DNA of 64,000 nucleotides from Escherichia coli (GTDB lineage Bacteria; Pseudomonadota; Gammaproteobacteria; Enterobacterales; Enterobacteriaceae): NCBI RefSeq assembly GCF_013122565.1, contig NZ_CP053258.1; one strand, 5' to 3'. Shown piece by piece: positions 62,977 to 64,000 of this stretch (position 1 is its first letter; each line of letters starts with the position of its first letter). The notes under the pieces were generated by a model. It saw only the letters and a program-made list of their open reading frames with translations, ran no database searches and was not told where the DNA came from. The position numbers and the translations under genes were made by a program.

Positions 62977-63492
62977 ATGGAAAAGACCACAACGCAGGAG
63001 TTATTAGCGCAGGCTGAAAAAATCTGCGCGCAGCGTAATGTGCGCCTGACCCCACAGCGCCTGGAAGTGTTGCGCCTGATGAGTCTGCAGGATGGCGCTA
63101 TCAGCGCTTATGATCTGCTTGATTTGCTGCGCGAAGCTGAACCGCAAGCCAAGCCGCCAACGGTTTATCGCGCGCTGGATTTTCTGCTTGAGCAAGGTTT
63201 TGTGCATAAGGTGGAATCCACCAACAGCTATGTGCTCTGTCATCTGTTCGACCAGCCCACCCATACTTCAGCCATGTTTATTTGCGATCGCTGCGGCGCG
63301 GTGAAAGAAGAATGTGCTGAAGGCGTGGAAGACATTATGCATACGCTGGCGGCAAAAATGGGGTTTGCCCTGCGGCATAATGTGATTGAAGCACATGGGC
63401 TCTGTGCGGCATGCGTGGAAGTGGAAGCGTGTCGTCATCCTGAACAGTGCCAGCATGATCACTCTGTGCAGGTGAAAAAGAAATCACGTTAA
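62977..63492 (+). CDS. zur: Zinc uptake regulator Zur (Fur family)
   Basis: MEKTTTQELLAQAEKICAQRNVRLTPQRLEVL...; CxxC pairs; 171 aa. Confidence 0.9.
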   Translation: MEKTTTQELLAQAEKICAQRNVRLTPQRLEVLRLMSLQDGAISAYDLLDLLREAEPQAKPPTVYRALDFLLEQGFVHKVESTNSYVLCHLFDQPTHTSAMFICDRCGAVKEECAEGVEDIMHTLAAKMGFALRHNVIEAHGLCAACVEVEACRHPEQCQHDHSVQVKKKSR

Positions 63493-63533
63493 GAGGGCGT
63501 ACATCCTTGTACACGTCGGGCAGGAGGGATTAA

Positions 63534-63743
63534 TTACCAGCGATATTCATTGCGGGTTTCCCAATCCACGACCTCTTTTTCTGCCTGATCTTTCTGATAA
63601 CCATAACGTTCCTGGATTTTACCGACCAGTTGATCACGTTTACCTTCAATGATCGTCATATCATCATCGGTCAGTTTGCCCCATTGCTCTTTCACTTTAC
63701 CTTTAAACTGTTTCCAGTTACCGCCGGCTTCATCTTTATTCAT
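63534..63743 (-). CDS. yjbJ: CsbD-family stress protein YjbJ
   Basis: MNKDEAGGNWKQFKGKVKEQWGKLTDDD...; 69 aa. Confidence 0.85.
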   Translation of the reverse strand: MNKDEAGGNWKQFKGKVKEQWGKLTDDDMTIIEGKRDQLVGKIQERYGYQKDQAEKEVVDWETRNEYRW

Positions 63744-63858
63744 AATCAAGACCTCATCGTTAGGTTGTGAATGAGAGTACGTTCACTTTTCTTCTGAACG
63801 TGAGATTAAGTGTAGTCAGCAATTTGGCTTAGGATTATTTATTCAGAATTTTTAACCG

Positions 63859-64000
63859 TCAGGTTGCGGCAAACCAGGTACCGTTGCGCCAGTGACGCCG
63901 CCAGATAGCCGCCAGAGAAAGCCCGCGCAACGCCAGAAAGACGGTTAATGCCAGCCACAAACCATGATTCCCCAGCCACGGCAGCGTAAGGAGCGTCAGC
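63859..64000 (-). CDS. dinF: MATE-family transporter DinF, C-terminal end; the gene runs off the window end
   Basis: Minus-strand frame ends ...LTLLTLPWLGNHGLWLALTVFLALRGLSLAAIWRRHWRNGTWFAAT-stop, a hydrophobic membrane tail; position matches synteny. Confidence 0.55.
   Translation of the reverse strand, partial: LTLLTLPWLGNHGLWLALTVFLALRGLSLAAIWRRHWRNGTWFAAT

Overview
This window reads as an Escherichia coli-type chromosomal segment, in reverse orientation relative to the K-12 map, running crfC(yjdA) - phnA - phnB - yjcS - mdtNOP - fdhF - yjcO - gltP - nrfGFEDCBA - acs - yjcH - actP - yjcF - yjcE - ghxP - soxRS - pdeC - yjcB - ssb - uvrA - yjbRQ - aphA - tyrB - alr - dnaB - qorA - pspG - dusA - zur - yjbJ - dinF. 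All gene identities come from reading the translated ORFs and from memory of these families; no database search was run. Most of the window is conserved housekeeping backbone. The parts that stand out are: (1) an IS110-family element (IS621-like, 23348-24623) sitting inside a REP cluster between yjcO and gltP, whose roughly 190 nt 5' non-coding leader is the expected place for a structured guide ('bridge') RNA; (2) a roughly 9 kb accessory sugar locus (3678-12819) where K-12 has rpiB/rpiR/als, encoding a hybrid sensor kinase, an OmpR-family regulator, a three-gene ABC importer, a cupin D-lyxose-isomerase-like enzyme, a class II aldolase and a PfkB kinase; (3) a phn remnant in which phnA, phnB and a PhnO-like acetyltransferase are present but the C-P lyase core is absent; (4) a two-gene NadR-like/PnuC-like nicotinamide riboside salvage module between tyrB and alr; (5) three AT-rich orphan ORFs, two with internal tandem repeats. 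fdhF is split by the ORF track at its in-frame selenocysteine UGA. No rRNA, tRNA or CRISPR array was seen.
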